In this document: piece by piece, positions 33,677 through 47,697 of the stretch
How the letters are laid out: every line of letters begins with the position of its first letter
Position numbering within the stretch: the stretch's first letter is position 1
Notes under the pieces: model-generated
Seen by the model: the letters and a program-made list of their open reading frames with translations, nothing else
Databases searched by the model: none
Told to the model about the DNA's origin: nothing
Program-made: the position numbers and the translations under genes
Assembly (NCBI RefSeq): GCF_006345805.1
Contig: NC_043003.1
Location: forward strand, 13,516,001 to 13,580,000
Direction: 5' to 3'
Source of the DNA: Octopus sinensis
Taxonomy: Eukaryota
Length of the DNA stretch: 64,000 bases

Positions 33677-35510
33677 GCACATTGTGCTCTTCTGCCAATA
33701 GATTTGATTTGATTTGAATGCTAAAGGGCTAAACTCCCAAATGACCTATTATGTTGAGGGACACAATTCAAAAGCCCCTGTCTATATTCTAACACCTTAA
33801 TCCTTTACCATACAAACAAATGTAATGCTTATTGAAATTTTTATGAATCAATCATGCTTTATCCCGTAGCTTCATGATTTTGATAATGTAATTATTCTTA
33901 GAATGACATTGTAGGGTAGGTGCGAGAAGCAGGATCTGGCTGCTTTGAACATAAAAAGGGTAGAATATTTTGACTGGATATAATCAGTTCAATTGCTAAA
34001 GGGTCAAGCTCCCAATTTTATGAAAATTATTCTGAGATCTTTAAAAATAGCTATTCTTTTGATTATAGTTAACTGGATTAAAATGGAGAAATAAGAAAAC
34101 AAAAAAGACATGTTTTTAATTGATTACCCTCTTACGGACAATTAATATCGTTAATCACCAATACTATGTTTGGACTTATCACCATTAATCCTTTCATTAT
34201 CAAATTTGTAATGAAGTACGATACCTTCGTTTCAATTAAGTTTTGAAAACAATTCAGAATTTAGTAAAATAATTTTGTTGTTGTTGAGCTGGTGTTTGGA
34301 ACATAAAATTAATATGAAATTCTGATGGAAGTTTTTAATTTAAATCACTTTAAAATATGAAGTTTTGTATAATAGAACTAGGGGTAGTTTCAGGCAGATG
34401 GATATCAGGAGAGGTAAGATCTAACTTTTACTTCACTTCAGTTTGAATAACAACTCTGTGATAATTAATTCACAACTTGATAATTATTTCTAATGTGAGG
34501 TGCATGGTCAGAATTTGTTTGAGTGAGTGTGTGAGAGAGAGATTTAAACCAACCCAGTACTTGACTGGGATTTATTTTATCAAGCCTGAAAGAACGAAAG
34601 ACAGAACCTTGCACAACATTTTATCTCAGAATGCCAAAACAAATGCCACAAAACATGTTTTTTTCTTTCCCTCCCTCAAATATTTTCTACTGTTGGCATG
34701 AGTGACTAACCTTTAGCATGCTGTAGGCAAATCATGTTGCTATAAGAGTCTTCTCCCCTCTCAATGTGACACAATGTGTGTGCAGCTGCAGGGGAGAAAA
34801 CTTGTAGGGAAACACGATCCGATTAAGGATGCTAAAGGCTAATTTAAAGAGAATTTGAAAAGTGAAAATCTAGTAAAAATGGATCAGCAACATAGTGTGT
34901 GTGTGTGTGTGTATTATCTGATCTGTAAACAGATCAGATGGAAGGAAAAGTTTGTCTTATTGCTGACACTGCTAGAAATAATGCCAACCAACCATTCCCC
35001 ATTAAATACGAGTCTATTTGTAACAATAATCTGCTCAGACACAAAAATATTCCAAACTATTCTAAAATTATAAGATTTAATGGAATTCATATTTTTCTTT
35101 ACTCCAAATGAATTATAAAAATATATATATATATACCGGAGTAAACACATAAATGTGAAACAAGGTGGAAGAAAGAGTACTCAAATACCAGAGGTAGAGT
35201 AATATGCTATATTTAAAAGCATATTAAAAAATTTCTGCTGCTTTTAAATAAAGTATATATATATATATATATATATATATAGCAATCAATAATTTGAAGA
35301 TGTTCCTTGACACTGGTTTTCAACCTGGGTTCCACAAACCAATTTTGAGAAAACGAGCATTCGTTTTAGAGTTTGGACTAAATCGCGGCTATGACGATTT
35401 TATTAATTGGCAGCAAAAAACCTCCCCTGTTAAATTTATCAAAGTTGATCACCATCATCATCATCATCCTCAACACCATTTTAAGGTGAAATTTAGTGTA
35501 CATTACTAAC

Positions 35511-35796
35511 CGGTATTACTGCCATTGGTGAGCGAGTTAGGAGATGCCTTAGTACTGGCTGGGGTCCCACCATCTTTGGATTTTGGAATGACATCTTTCA
35601 TTTCCTCTTTTATATCAACTGCCTCACATTTTATTGTATTGGTACCATTAATATCATGGTTTATAGTTCCTCCACCAGCTGCCACTGCACTTGCATTTTC
35701 TTTAAGCATAGCCGAGATCTCTGGGTTGTCTTGAATGATGCTGGCTTCCTTGTCTACAGTGGCAGACTTTCCCTCAGAGTCGTCTTTCTCTTGACT
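35511..35796 (-). CDS. BCL9: BCL9/legless upstream coding exon (SQEKDDSEGK...SPNSLTNGSNT); first in-exon ATG at 35709
   Basis: Long polypyrimidine tract plus tttcag acceptor at 35797 and donor ACCG|gttagt at 35510. The 286 nt leave phase 1, exactly what the 17314 exon needs (G+GT=Gly, then AENIGRSPGS). Assignment rests on splice and frame logic, not a domain match. Confidence 0.75.
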
Positions 35797-36746
35797 CTGA
35801 AAATAAAAAGACAAAAAAAGAAAAATGTAAAACAAACGTACTGAATTTATAGAATGGTATTACTTAAGAGAAAAAAAAAATCATTAAAAAAAAACTGAGC
35901 AAAAGGGGCAAAAAAACATTACTAAATATAAAAAAATAAACCAAAATTTGGACCAGAGCACCTCACCCATCATCAGTATCAGTATCACCACCATCATCAT
36001 CATGGCTTTAATATATGCTTTTTTCATGCTTGCATGGGTAGAAAGAGTTTGAGTCAGATTTTCTACAGCCAAATGCCCTTCATGTTGCCAAGCACAAGGT
36101 ATTATCCCCATCCCCTCTCCCATATGGCCAGACAGGTTTCAGCAGAATATTGGAAGTGAACGACATTCATTTACAACAACCACGAGATGTCAAGACAAAG
36201 ATACACAAACATATATACACAGACATATATATGTACATATACAAATGTATGACGGGCTTCTTTCAGTCTCCATCTTGGTAAAATTATTAATTAATTAATT
36301 TTACACTTTTCATCATCATCATCATCACCCCTTTTATTATTAATATTGAAATTACAATTTACTCCCCAATTGAAATACTGCAGTTTCTGCGGTATTGCTC
36401 GTAACATTCAGACCACAAAGACTTGGCCCAAATTCTTGCAACAGATTCGACCCCACTATGAAGCACACTAAAAAAAAAGTGGTGGCTGTAGCAGCGGTGA
36501 TGTTGGATTAAGAACAGACACAGGCTTCAATGCAGTTTTCATCCCACCAAAACTGACTTGCCACAGGCAGTGTGTGTGTACAGTGAAACTGATCCCAGAA
36601 CCATGGCATAAGATAAGCAAACTTCTTCAGCATACAACAGTAATCATAAACAAATTTCTTAAGAAGGAAAAAAAAAAAGAAAAATCGTACATGATTTCAT
36701 ATTAAGTTGAAAAAATAGCCTCTCTTCTTTTGTAAGAACAAAGCAA

Positions 36747-37119
36747 CTCTTTACTCTCCTTTACTTGTTTCAGACTGTGGCCATGCTGGAGCATCGCCTT
36801 TAGTCGAGCAAATCGACCCCAGGACTTATTCTTTGTAAGCCTAGTACTTATTCTATCGGTCACTTTTACCGAACCGCTAAGTTACAGGGATGTAAACACA
36901 CCAGCATCGGTTGTCGAGCGAAGTTGGGGAGACAAACACAGACACACAAACATATACATATATATGACGGGCTTCTTTCAGTTTCCGTCTACCAAATCCA
37001 CTCACAAGGCTTTGGTCGGCCCGAGGCTATAGTAGAAGACACTTGCCCAAGGTGCCATGCAGTGGGACTGAATCCAGAACCATGTGGTTGGTAAGCAAGC
37101 TACTTACCACACAGCCACT
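36747..37119 (-). mobile_element. Family D SINE, near full length
   Basis: Complete head-to-tail reverse-complement match. Confidence 0.9.
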
Positions 37120-37189
37120 GTGTTTATTTTTAATAAATATCTTCATATCTAATTGACAAATTATAATCTATACACAAACACATATTACA

Positions 37190-37560
37190 TGTATATACAC
37201 ACACACAGATTATATATATATACATACACACACATACAGATTATATATATATACATACACATACACACACATACAAATTATATATATATACATACACATA
37301 CACACAAATTATATATATATATATATATACATACACACACAGATTATATATATACATACACACACATACAGATTATATATATATACACACAGATTATATA
37401 TATACATACACACACATACAGATTATATATATACATACACACACACACAGATTATATATATACATACACACACATACAGATTATATATATACATACACAC
37501 ACACATGCAGACTATATATATATATACATACACACACACATACATAGATTATATATATAT
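37190..37560. repeat. Compound minisatellite (~30-34 bp unit: (CA)n-GAT-(TA)n)
   Basis: About 11 units punctuated by CAGATTAT/CAAATTAT. Confidence 0.85.
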
Positions 37561-38419
37561 ATAGATATATGTAGTCAATTTGAGGATACACACACACACA
37601 TACAAGGATACACACATAGTGAAGCCAAGTGAAATAGTGATAGAGCAAAGAGGAAGAGTGGCAGTTAAAGAAGGTTTGTTGTATTGATTGTAAAAAGCTG
37701 GAGACAGCAGCTGGCTGCTAGCCTCACAGTCTATCTGTGTTCATTAGTTGCACAGGACCCACTCCAAACTACACACATATACACGAACAACATGCGCTTG
37801 GCAAGAAAGCCAGCAGGGTATACAAAAAAAAAAAAAAAAAAAGGGCACCCTTCTCCCTTTAAAATAAAATCAGGGCAAAAGATGTACCTGCAACTGTTTC
37901 TATTTAGCATAAGACTTATATTAAGCGACAGAGAGAGAGAGAGAGAGTATTCTACAGCTACATGTCATTTATATTCTCCAATATTCCAACTTGCTTATAT
38001 GTAAACTAGCCTACAATGAATGGTAGAGAAATTGATTAAAAAAAAAAAAAAAAAACTAGGGGGGGGGGAAATTAAGAATAAAAAGAATGAAAGAAAATAA
38101 AAAATTTAACACAACCAGAATAGGTTGTTTCACGACAGAGTCTCAATCAATATGCTAATACTTGCAAATCACTCACTTTTAACCCCAAACAACATTACAA
38201 AAAACACATACAGAATGAGAGACGGGGAGGTGGGGGGAGAGGAAGAGGGGGGTACAGTTAATACATACATACATACACACATGCATGTGGAAACACTACC
38301 TATCTATCTATCTCTATATATATGTATATATATGTATATATATATATATATGTATATATATATGTATATATATGTATATATATATATGTATATATATATA
38401 TATGTATATATATGTATAT

Positions 38420-38453
<34 letters not shown>

Positions 38454-39102
38454 GATAGATACAAGCACACACATACACACACGATTGATTGAGAGGAAGT
38501 ATTTCGAAGCTTTGTTGAAATCAATGAAGAACTGCAGTTAAAGGCTAGAATAAAATCAATGGTCAACTCTGAAATTTTATACACACACGACTTGAAAACA
38601 AATAATTAGTGGTGGGAAGGGGGAGAGGTGCAAGAATGGGGATTGGAGAAAGGGAGAGAGAGAGAGAGAGAAATGAAAGGAGGAGGATGAGGAGGGGTTG
38701 AAAATAAAAGATTGATTGCTTCAAGGCTAATTGATAATACCCAATGTTGTGATGGTGAGAGCGAAAGAGTGCGAGGAAGAGATAGACAGATAGAGAGAAA
38801 GAGAGAGGAAGAGTGGAGTGAGTGAGTGAGAGAAAAGGAATTTGAAAAACAAAGCAACTTGGTTAAGAGTTATCTTCTTTCTAGGCAAAATCTCTGCAAC
38901 AGAAACAAACCCTTTATATTGGCGCTAATATCTTTCCGAACCACAGAGAAGAAACCTATGCCTTCATTTCAGTTTATCCTGTATAATTAAACTATTTTTG
39001 AAGAATAGTAGTAAAAACATTTGAGGAAGATTTGGTTGCTACTTCTTGGAATGGCCAAAGTTGGTACATTTCTTTTATCACAGGTCTGATCAATCAAGAT
39101 TA

Positions 39103-39570
39103 TTAACCCTTTCATTATTCTATTTATTTTGAGATGCTCTGTGTTTCTTTCAATTATTTTAAATATAACAAATAATTTAGTAAAATAACTTAGTTATCAT
39201 TCAGCTAGTGTTAGGAACATAAATTGTGACTAAGGTTTGGTGGAAGATTTTTATTCAAAACTTATGAGAACAAGACATTTGTACTGAGAGCCAGAGCTGG
39301 TTTCAGCCGGGTTGGTAACAAAAGGGTTAAGTATTGTTTCTCTATTATATATTTTAACCCTTTTGTTACCATATTTCTATTGAGATGCTCTGTGTTTCTT
39401 TCAATTAATTTTAAATATAACAGAGAATTTAGTAAAATAACTTAGTTATCATAAGAACATAAATTGTGATTAAGGTTTGGTGGAAGATTTTAATTCAAAA
39501 CTTATGAAAACAAGACATTTGTACTGAGAGCCAGAGCTGGTTTCAGCCGGGTTGGTATCAAAAGGGTTAA
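39103..39570 (-). mobile_element. Dimer of family H MITEs
   Basis: TTAA at 39103, 39327, 39354 and 39567; 23-bp spacer 39331-39353. Confidence 0.85.
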
Positions 39571-41435
39571 GAGGGAGTTTCCAAATGACAACAAACCAAT
39601 GATTTAGATTGAGTCTTTTATGCTATTAACTCAGTTATCCAGATTTTCAGCCCTTCATGTTAAAGATACAGATGTGATGCAATGGTTTCAATTCCTAAAT
39701 AAATAAATTAATTCTTTCAAATTCACTTTGGTTCATGTTGATAAACGAACACTCAGAAATCAACAGATACTTCAGAACTGGGGGTATGTTTGGAATGTGA
39801 TCCAGCATGGCCAGAGACGAATCACAGAAACCAATGAAAAAGTATATCGGGTTTAACTCTTTAATCGTGCATTATCTCATAGATTGAGATTAAAATGACA
39901 TGATGGTTTAATTTTAGAATGACACTGTAGCTGTAAGAGGCTAGATCTGACTGGTTTGAACATAAAACGGGGCCGGATATGGTCTGTTCAAATGCTGAAG
40001 GGTTTAATGAACTGTTCCTTCCTTTTTAGTTTGAAATATAAAACAAAATTATAAACTGACTTTTTTTTCTTTTTAAAATGAAACTTTAAAAAAAAATATC
40101 AAATAGTAATAAAAAAAAAAGCAAACAATCTTATCTGAGTAATTAAAAAAAAAATTAAGTCTGACTTTGATTTCTGACCCCTGTAGCTATTTAAGTCTTA
40201 AGAAATGAAAGAAAGACAAAAAAGCTTTATGAAATATAAAATTAATTTGATACAAAAGAAAAACTGGACAAATCTCTTGTCTTCTGCAGAAACGGAATGA
40301 CAGAGAATCCAATGCAACCAAAATGCAAACCAAGAAAAATACAGTGCCAGCGTTAGATTTCTTGGTAACCCAAAACTAGATTAGTTCTTTCAGCTCTTAA
40401 AAACATGTCGAAAAAAACAGCAAAGATGAGAGTGAATATGTTTATTATTATTATTTCAAAGTTGTGTACATGTGAGAATTACCATCAATAAAATGATGGA
40501 CAGAAACTAACACAACTCATTTCGCTGAGACAAGAAGAGTAAACACCTCTGTCATGCAGTTCTTTGCTTAATTTATTATCTTTGGTTCTTCAGACAATAA
40601 ACAATTTAAAAGGAAAAAGAAAAAAACCTAAATAAACAAAACTGGTTCATTACTAATAATTAGAAAACACAGCGAAGGTAGATGAATAAATAAAAAGTTT
40701 GCAGTGTATGTCTGCATTTGTGTGTGAGAGAAAAAGACAGTAAAAAAGACACAGAATGAATTCTGTTAAAGACAAAATTACTGAACAAAGACAGAATTAC
40801 TAGAATGATGATGTACCAGTAATATTTTAGAATAGCAGTTGCGAATGGGTGAGGGTGGGGGGGGCTGTGGATCCCCAGGAGCTCATAAGTTTGTTGAGTA
40901 AGATGGGGGGACTGTTCACAAGCCTGACATTCATGGGAAAATTTAATTATAAAATAAATGCCAGCTCCAGGCAAACCGTCCAACCCATACCAGTATGGAA
41001 AACGGATATGTGGTGATGATAATGATTTGCATTTCAGGATATGATGCCTCTTTATTATTTACTCCATGTACAGCCAAAGTTCACTCTCACCATCATTTCA
41101 CATCTGTATTCCATGCTGGCATGGGTTGGACAGTTTGACAGGCGCTGGCAAACCAGAGGACTGCACCAAGCTCAACTGACTGTTTTGGCATTAGAAAGGG
41201 CATCCAGCTGGAGAAACAATTCTATAGAGTGTACTGGGTGCTTTTTACATGGCACCGACATTGGCGAGTTCTGTTTTGGCATGGTTTCTACAGCTGGATG
41301 CCCTTCCTAGTGCCAGCCACTTTATGGAGAGGACTATGTGGCACCAGCACCAGTAAGGTCTGCTTTGGCAAGGTTTTTATGGCTGGATGCCCTTCTTAAT
41401 GCCAACCACTTTACAGACAGGACTTGATGTTTTTT

Positions 41436-41705
41436 CAAGTTCTATATTTAAGAGATGAGGAATTATTTACATTATTTACATTTGACGGATATTTGTCCTC
41501 ATCTTGTTTGTTGTTAACAGGTTTCAGCTGATATACCTTCCAGCCTTCATCAGATGTCTTGGGAGAAATTTCGAACCTGGGTTGTCATTCCTAAGGTATT
41601 TTTCAATGTTGTTGTTGTTGGTATTATTATTATTATTCAGGTCACTGCCTGGAATTGAACTCGGAATCTTGGGGTTAGTAGCATGCGCTCTTAACCACTA
41701 AACCA
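41436..41705 (-). mobile_element. tRNA-headed SINE (family K) with hammerhead-like 3' module, nested in a family B copy
   Basis: A box TAGTGGTTAAGAGC (41700-41687), B box GAGTTCAATTCC (41662-41651), (AAT/AAC)n, then GACAU-CUGAUGA-A-GGCUG-loop-CAGCU-GAAAC (41558-41521). Confidence 0.7.
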
Positions 41706-43017
41706 TATGTGTTTTATGTGACACCAGCATCAGTGGGGCTACCAAGTAATTTGCAAGACAAAGATCCTTTCAGAGGGGAAGTAGTATTGAAAGAATAAGA
41801 CACAGAATCATCTTCGAAAGTTACTGGCAACAGACTAGCTTCGTGTGCTCTAATTGCCGTAATAATATACAGAGAGAATAGAGCTAAGCATCGGTTCTAT
41901 GGCTACCTGGAGTTTGTTGAAAGGATTAATTTACTAAAATACTGATATTACAAAGAAATCAATAAATAAAAAAAATATATTAAAAAATTATTTGAGATTT
42001 CTGAAAAGCCAATGAAATGAAATAATTACAAAAGATACAGGCGAAAAGAGCAGTTTTGATCTTCATCACAGTTATGATACTTAACGCAGATATTAAAATG
42101 TAGAAGAGAACCAAATAATTAAATAAATAAATCGAAAAAAATATATATACACATATATATATATCTCAGAATTAGGAATGAAAAATAAGAGGTGGGAAGG
42201 GGGGGAGTCTCAAAGTCATTTAAATTTGACATGTGTTTTCCATCAAGCAAGCTTTAAGTTTATTTCACAATCTCAAAAATTTACTATTGAGGATGTAAAA
42301 AGAAGAAGAAAAAAAAAGAAAGAAAAAAAAAAGAAAGAAAAAAAAAAGAAAGAAAAAAAAAAAGAAGTTGAATTAAAATTTCAGATTGGTATTTTTCCTC
42401 TAGATTCCTTGTCGAGTGTAATTTAAAAAAGACACCAGAAAAAAAAAAAAAGGAAAAAGACACCAGAAAAAAAAAAAAAAAGTTTAAAATATTGATTCCT
42501 ACCAATGTCAAAGAACGATGATAGAAATGATTTTTTGGTATAGCATCTGTAATGTTTTTAGGAAAGGCAAAGAGACAATGATGATGATGGTACTGGTGAT
42601 AGTGGGAGGTGGAGCTAAGCAATAATGGTCTGTAATCTAAAGTACTTAATCTAATAATGATAATGATGATGATGAACAGATATAATGGATATTATAAAGA
42701 GTTAGTAGAAAAAAAAACAACCAAAAAAAAAGAACTGATGTTTGGTAGAAATTGAATTTAAACATGGTTTTATGTTAATTTCGGGAAACTTGACAGCTAT
42801 GAAAGACTTCCTTTTGAAACACATGCATTCAGAAATTTCACATTTGTACCTGTAATTATTGTTATACTTCGTTATATTGCCAACTGTTTATGTAGGAACT
42901 TTGGAAAGTAGGAGTTACAAGGCACAAAGAAAAAAAAAAGAGAGAAAAAAGAATTAAAAGAAAATTAAGAAAGGAGTGCTTTTAATTAATGTTTAGCAAA
43001 TTCTAGCTATATGACTA

Positions 43018-43290
43018 TGCGTGGCCTAGTGGTTAGGGTGTTGCACTCGTGATTGCAAGATTGTGGTTTCAATTCCCAGACCTGGTAGTACATTATGTTC
43101 TTGAGCAAACCACCTTATTTTGTATTGGTCCAGTCCACTCAGCTGTTAACAAGTAACCATTCGATGGACCACCAACCCGTTCAGAGAGAACGGTCGTGAG
43201 CGCGGCAACTTTTAGGTCATAGAAACCGGATAAGCAGGCCTTATGAGTCCTCGGACTTGAGAAAGTGGCATCTAGGGGTTGATGATGATG
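43018..43290 (+). mobile_element. tRNA-derived SINE (family F) with (GAT)n tail
   Basis: GTGGCCTAGTGGTTAGG A box, GGTTTCAATTCC B box, TCTTGAGCAA...CCAGTCCACTCAGCTG core. Confidence 0.7.
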
Positions 43291-44007
43291 ACTATCAAGT
43301 TTTAGCAGGGTGACGAAAATATGGAAGATTTTTCCTAGAGTCCATTCTATGTAGTACACATGCAATTGTTTCAGTAAAAAAAATGACCCCACCAAACACA
43401 CACACACAATACATGCATACATTCATTAAATTTGCCATGTAGGCAGCATATAGATAAGGTAGCTTTGCAGGCTGGACACAGACATTGATGAGGCAAATAA
43501 TTATGATACAAAAATGATAAAGATGGGAGAAGACAGAAAGCGCCTGCTGACCTTCTGCTTCTCTAAAACATTGTTCTTTAAAAATGCATATGCAGAGGTA
43601 TTAACCCTCTTACAATTTAAAATGCAATACATTTGGACTAAAAAGTCCTCACAATTATAAAACACAATTTATACACAAATTGGAGGCTATAAACCATTAC
43701 AATCCCTCCCTGAGCAATTTCCTTGCAACTTGCAGGCATTCCTGCAACTGCAACCCGGGGCTCCAAAAAAGAATTCTATAATTCTCGTTTTTACATGAGT
43801 CAATTATCAGATCAGAGTACTTTCTTTCCAGCACCAGAGCAGCCACCTGCGGAGGCCACTGCGGGCTGTCAATACAAGTCAATATATACATACAGAAAAC
43901 ACCCACTGTTGCAAAGTCAATACATTACAGCTTCAACACAAAAATATTTACAAAACACCAGAATGAAAACTTAAATTTGAAATGACTGATGCAGTAAAAA
44001 ACAGCAA

Positions 44008-44620
44008 TATTGGCTTCAAATTTTGGTACAAGGCCAGCAAATTTGGGAGAGGGGGTAAGGTGAATACATCAACCCCCAGTGCTATTGAGTATGAAAGGCA
44101 AGTCAACTCAATATACAGAGGAAATGCCAGTAAGCATTTTGTCTGGTGTGCTAGTAATTCTGCCAGCTTCTCACCTTAATAATAATCCTTTCTACTATAG
44201 GAACAAGGCCTGAAAATTTAGGGAAAGGGGCAAGTCGATTACATCGACCCCAGTACTCAACTGGTACTTAATTTATCAAGGATGAAAGGCAAAGTCGACC
44301 TCAGTGGAATTTGAACTCAAAACGTAGTGCCAGAGGAAATATCACTAAGCATTTCGCCCAGCGTGCTAATGATTCTGCCAGCCCACCGCCATAATAATAA
44401 TAATAATCCTTTCTACTAAAGGTACAAGGTACTAAAGGTATTATTTGGGGGAGGAGGATAGTCAATCACATCAACCCCAGTATTTAACTGGTACTTATTT
44501 TACCGACCCCGGAAGGATGAAAGGCTAAGTGAACTTTGGTGGAATTTGAACAGAGCTTAAAGACAGCCAAAACGGCGCTAAGTATTTGCCTGGCACGTTA
44601 GTGATTCTACCAGCTTGTTG
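44008..44620 (-). mobile_element. Three tandem family A SINEs separated by (TAA)n
   Basis: Copies at about 44008-44178, 44187-44391 and 44406-44620. Confidence 0.8.
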
Positions 44621-46257
44621 CCTTAATAACACCACCACCAATACCGATAACAATTCTGTTAAGTTATAATTATGATAAATAATTGCAGTAAGAAAGGAAA
44701 TTTTATTTTTTGAGATTTCTTTCTGTAATTTCCAAAAAGACAACAAGAAAAAAAAAAGACCATAATAGGATTAGGAAAACGAAGAAAAAAAAGAGGAAAA
44801 GTAGCTAAGAACTGAACAAAATGACACCATACTTTAATTGGATCAAGATGGGAACTAAGTTGATATATCAACAGAAATATAAAGGAGTGATAATAAATCA
44901 GAAAAATCCTGTGGACAAAGTAGAAGAAACACACAAAGCAAAACAAAGAAGAGGGACATTAACAAATTCAAATGATATATATAATTATATATAAGTAAAG
45001 GACATTTGAAATCAATAGTGAGGTAAGAAATGTGGTTTTAAAACTGATAAATCATTGCTAACAGAATTCAATTAGAGTTGGCAAGAATTTGGAAAAATAA
45101 AAAATTAAAAAAAGTTTGGTAAAATTTACTCCAATTCAGAGAGAAAAAAAAAGTGAAGCATAGAAAATAAGAGCATTGGTTTTCGATTATTTCTTTATAT
45201 TTTATACCACCAACCTGGAGAGCAAGAGAGAGAAATGGTGGTGGTGGTAGTAGTAGCGAAAGCGAAACTACCAAACTCTTTACTTGTGGGCCATGACTGA
45301 CTCTTTCCCTCTCTCTCTCTCTCTCTCTTGGGATAATAGTTTGTATTTCCCCGGTAGAGATCCTCAGCTTATATGCAATAGGAAATTCAAAGTTCTCCAT
45401 AAGAAGCCGCCCAAGTAGGAAGTCCTTTATTCTATTTGTTTCCATTGTTTTGAAAGGTTTTCCAGCCCTTTGCAGACAGGGAACTCCCAACTCTTCTCAT
45501 CTTACGAGCCCTGATTTCCTGTCTGCTCACAGGTGCTATGCAGTGTGTACAGAGTTTCTCACACCCCTCTCAGGTAAAATCATTGAATAGGGAATAATTG
45601 AACAAAATGGGGATATACAATTCAAAGATGGATAGCTGCCATGTTTCTAGTAAAGAACTGGATACAGCTTGGCATTTATTATTATTATTATTATTACATC
45701 CTTACATTCTGAGTTCAAATTCTACGATGGTCGACTTTGCCTTTCATCCCTTTGAGTTTGATGGAATATGTACCAGTTACGCACTAGGGTTGATGTAATT
45801 GACTCATCCCCTTCCCCAAAATTTCAGGCTTTGTACCAATAACAGAAAGGTTCATTATTATTATTGGCTTCAAATTCTGACAGAGCGCCAGTAGTTCTTG
45901 AGGTGAGGGTGAAGTCAATTACATCCATTAACCCCAGTACTTGACTGCTACTTTATGTTTTAAGTCCAAATTCTATTATTAACTCTTTAGCATCTAAACT
46001 GACCTTATCCAACCTCTCATACCTACCCTACAATGTCATTCTAAAACTAAACAATCACATCATTGAAATCTCAAAGCTGCAAGATAATGCATGCTTAATT
46101 CAAAATGACATGAATCAACACATATTACATTTGACAGGCTAATCCAAAAGTGAAGGGATTAAGGAAGATTTTCTATGACAACACTCTCTTCCTGTTGTCA
46201 AACGTTACTTATTTTTTCAAGAATGGCATTTTGCATTCCACTGATCCTTCTACAAGT

Positions 46258-46567
46258 GAAGACACATGGCTGAGTGGTTAGAGCGTTGAGCTTACGATCA
46301 TGAGGTTGTAAGTTCAAATCCTGGACCAGGCTGCGTATTGTGTTCTTGAGCAAGACACTTTATTTCACGTTGCTCAATGAGTTGTGACGTCACAGGTGCT
46401 AAGCTGTATCGGCCTTTGCCTTGGATAACATCAATGGTGTGGAGAGGAGAAGCCGGTATGCATGGGTGACTGCTGGTCTTCCATAAACAACCTTGCCCGG
46501 ACTTGTGCCTGGGAAGGTAACTTCCTAGGTGCAATCCCATGGTCAGTTATGACCGAAGGGGGTCTCC
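46258..46567 (+). mobile_element. tRNA-derived SINE (family G)
   Basis: TGGCTGAGTGGTTAGAG A box, AGTTCAAATCC B box, ends GACCGAAGGGGGTCTC. Inverse copy at 50763-51075. Confidence 0.8.
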
Positions 46568-46605
46568 GATCCTTGCACACCAGCTGAGCTCCTCCTTCAC
46601 ATCAT

Positions 46606-46834
46606 TTAACCCTTTCGTTACCAACCCGGCTGAAATCGGCTCTGGCTCTGAGTACAAATGTCTTGTTTTCATAGGTTTTGAATTAAAATCTTCCAGCAAA
46701 CCTTAGTCGCAATTTATGTTCCTGACACTAGTTTAATGATAACTAAGTTATTTTACTAAATTCTTTGTTATATTTAAAATTAATTGAGAGAAACACAGAA
46801 CATCTCACAATAAATACGGTAACAAAAGGGTTAA
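46606..46834 (+). mobile_element. piggyBac-like MITE (family H), clean monomer
   Basis: TTAA-CCCTTTCGTTACC...GGTAACAAAAGGG-TTAA. Confidence 0.9.
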
Positions 46835-47456
46835 TGTCAGGCTCCAATGTCTGCTTTGGCATGATCATTACAGCTAGATGCTTTTCCTAATGCCAACCAC
46901 TTCACCTTTTCCACTGGAGAAAGTAAACTACACCGTCATCTTGTATTGACAGTTCTAATGACAACATAATGGAACTGACACGTCTGACCACACACAACAC
47001 GTTTCTGTAAAGCAGTTCCATTCTCGATGCATTGGCTGGCACAAGGCTATTAAACTTGCCCAAGATGCCATGTAGCGAAATCAGATCTCAAATTGTTCAG
47101 GTGTGAAATGAACTACATAACCACACAGCTATGCTTGCACCTCTCTGGATACTAAGTGACTTTTAGTTCGCAGGTAACTTCACAGGTACAGTGTGAGTAA
47201 CAAAATTTACACAGAAACAGGCTTGCTATGAGAGCGATATTCCAACCTCTATGTATGCAGTGAGAAAAGTAGACAGAATTTCCTATGAAGGAAAAGTAGA
47301 CAGAATTTCCTATGAAGGAAAGAATTTTCAAGGAACTACTGAAGCGGTCATCATAGGATTTTAAGAACCTTTAAGTAATCAAACACTAACCAGATAATCT
47401 GGATCCTCGACCCTAACTTCCGAACAAAAATTAAGATGTAATAAACTGAAATAGTT

Positions 47457-47654
47457 ACTCTTTAACTGTGTCCATGCTGGAACACTACCTTTTAGTCAAA
47501 CAAATCAACCCCAGGACTTATTCTTTGTAAGCCTAGTACTTATTCTATCAGTCTCTTTTACCGAACCACTAGGTTATGGGGATGTAAACACACCAACATC
47601 AGCTGTCAAGCAATAGTGGGAGGGACAAACATAGACACATAAATATATACATAT

Positions 47655-47697
<43 letters not shown>

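Noticed and set aside
37153-37632. 159-aa Y/I/H/T-rich ORF (similar ORFs at 38125, 55570 and 62896)
   Set aside because: Stop-free by virtue of TA/CA microsatellites.
45068-45490. 140-aa minus-strand ORF as an upstream BCL9 exon
   Set aside because: Crosses (GA)n and (GGT)n tracts, has no convincing in-frame donor and no similarity to BCL9.
47264-47317. 27-bp tandem duplication (also a 28-bp one at 19925-19977)
   Set aside because: Two-copy slippage duplications with no further structure.
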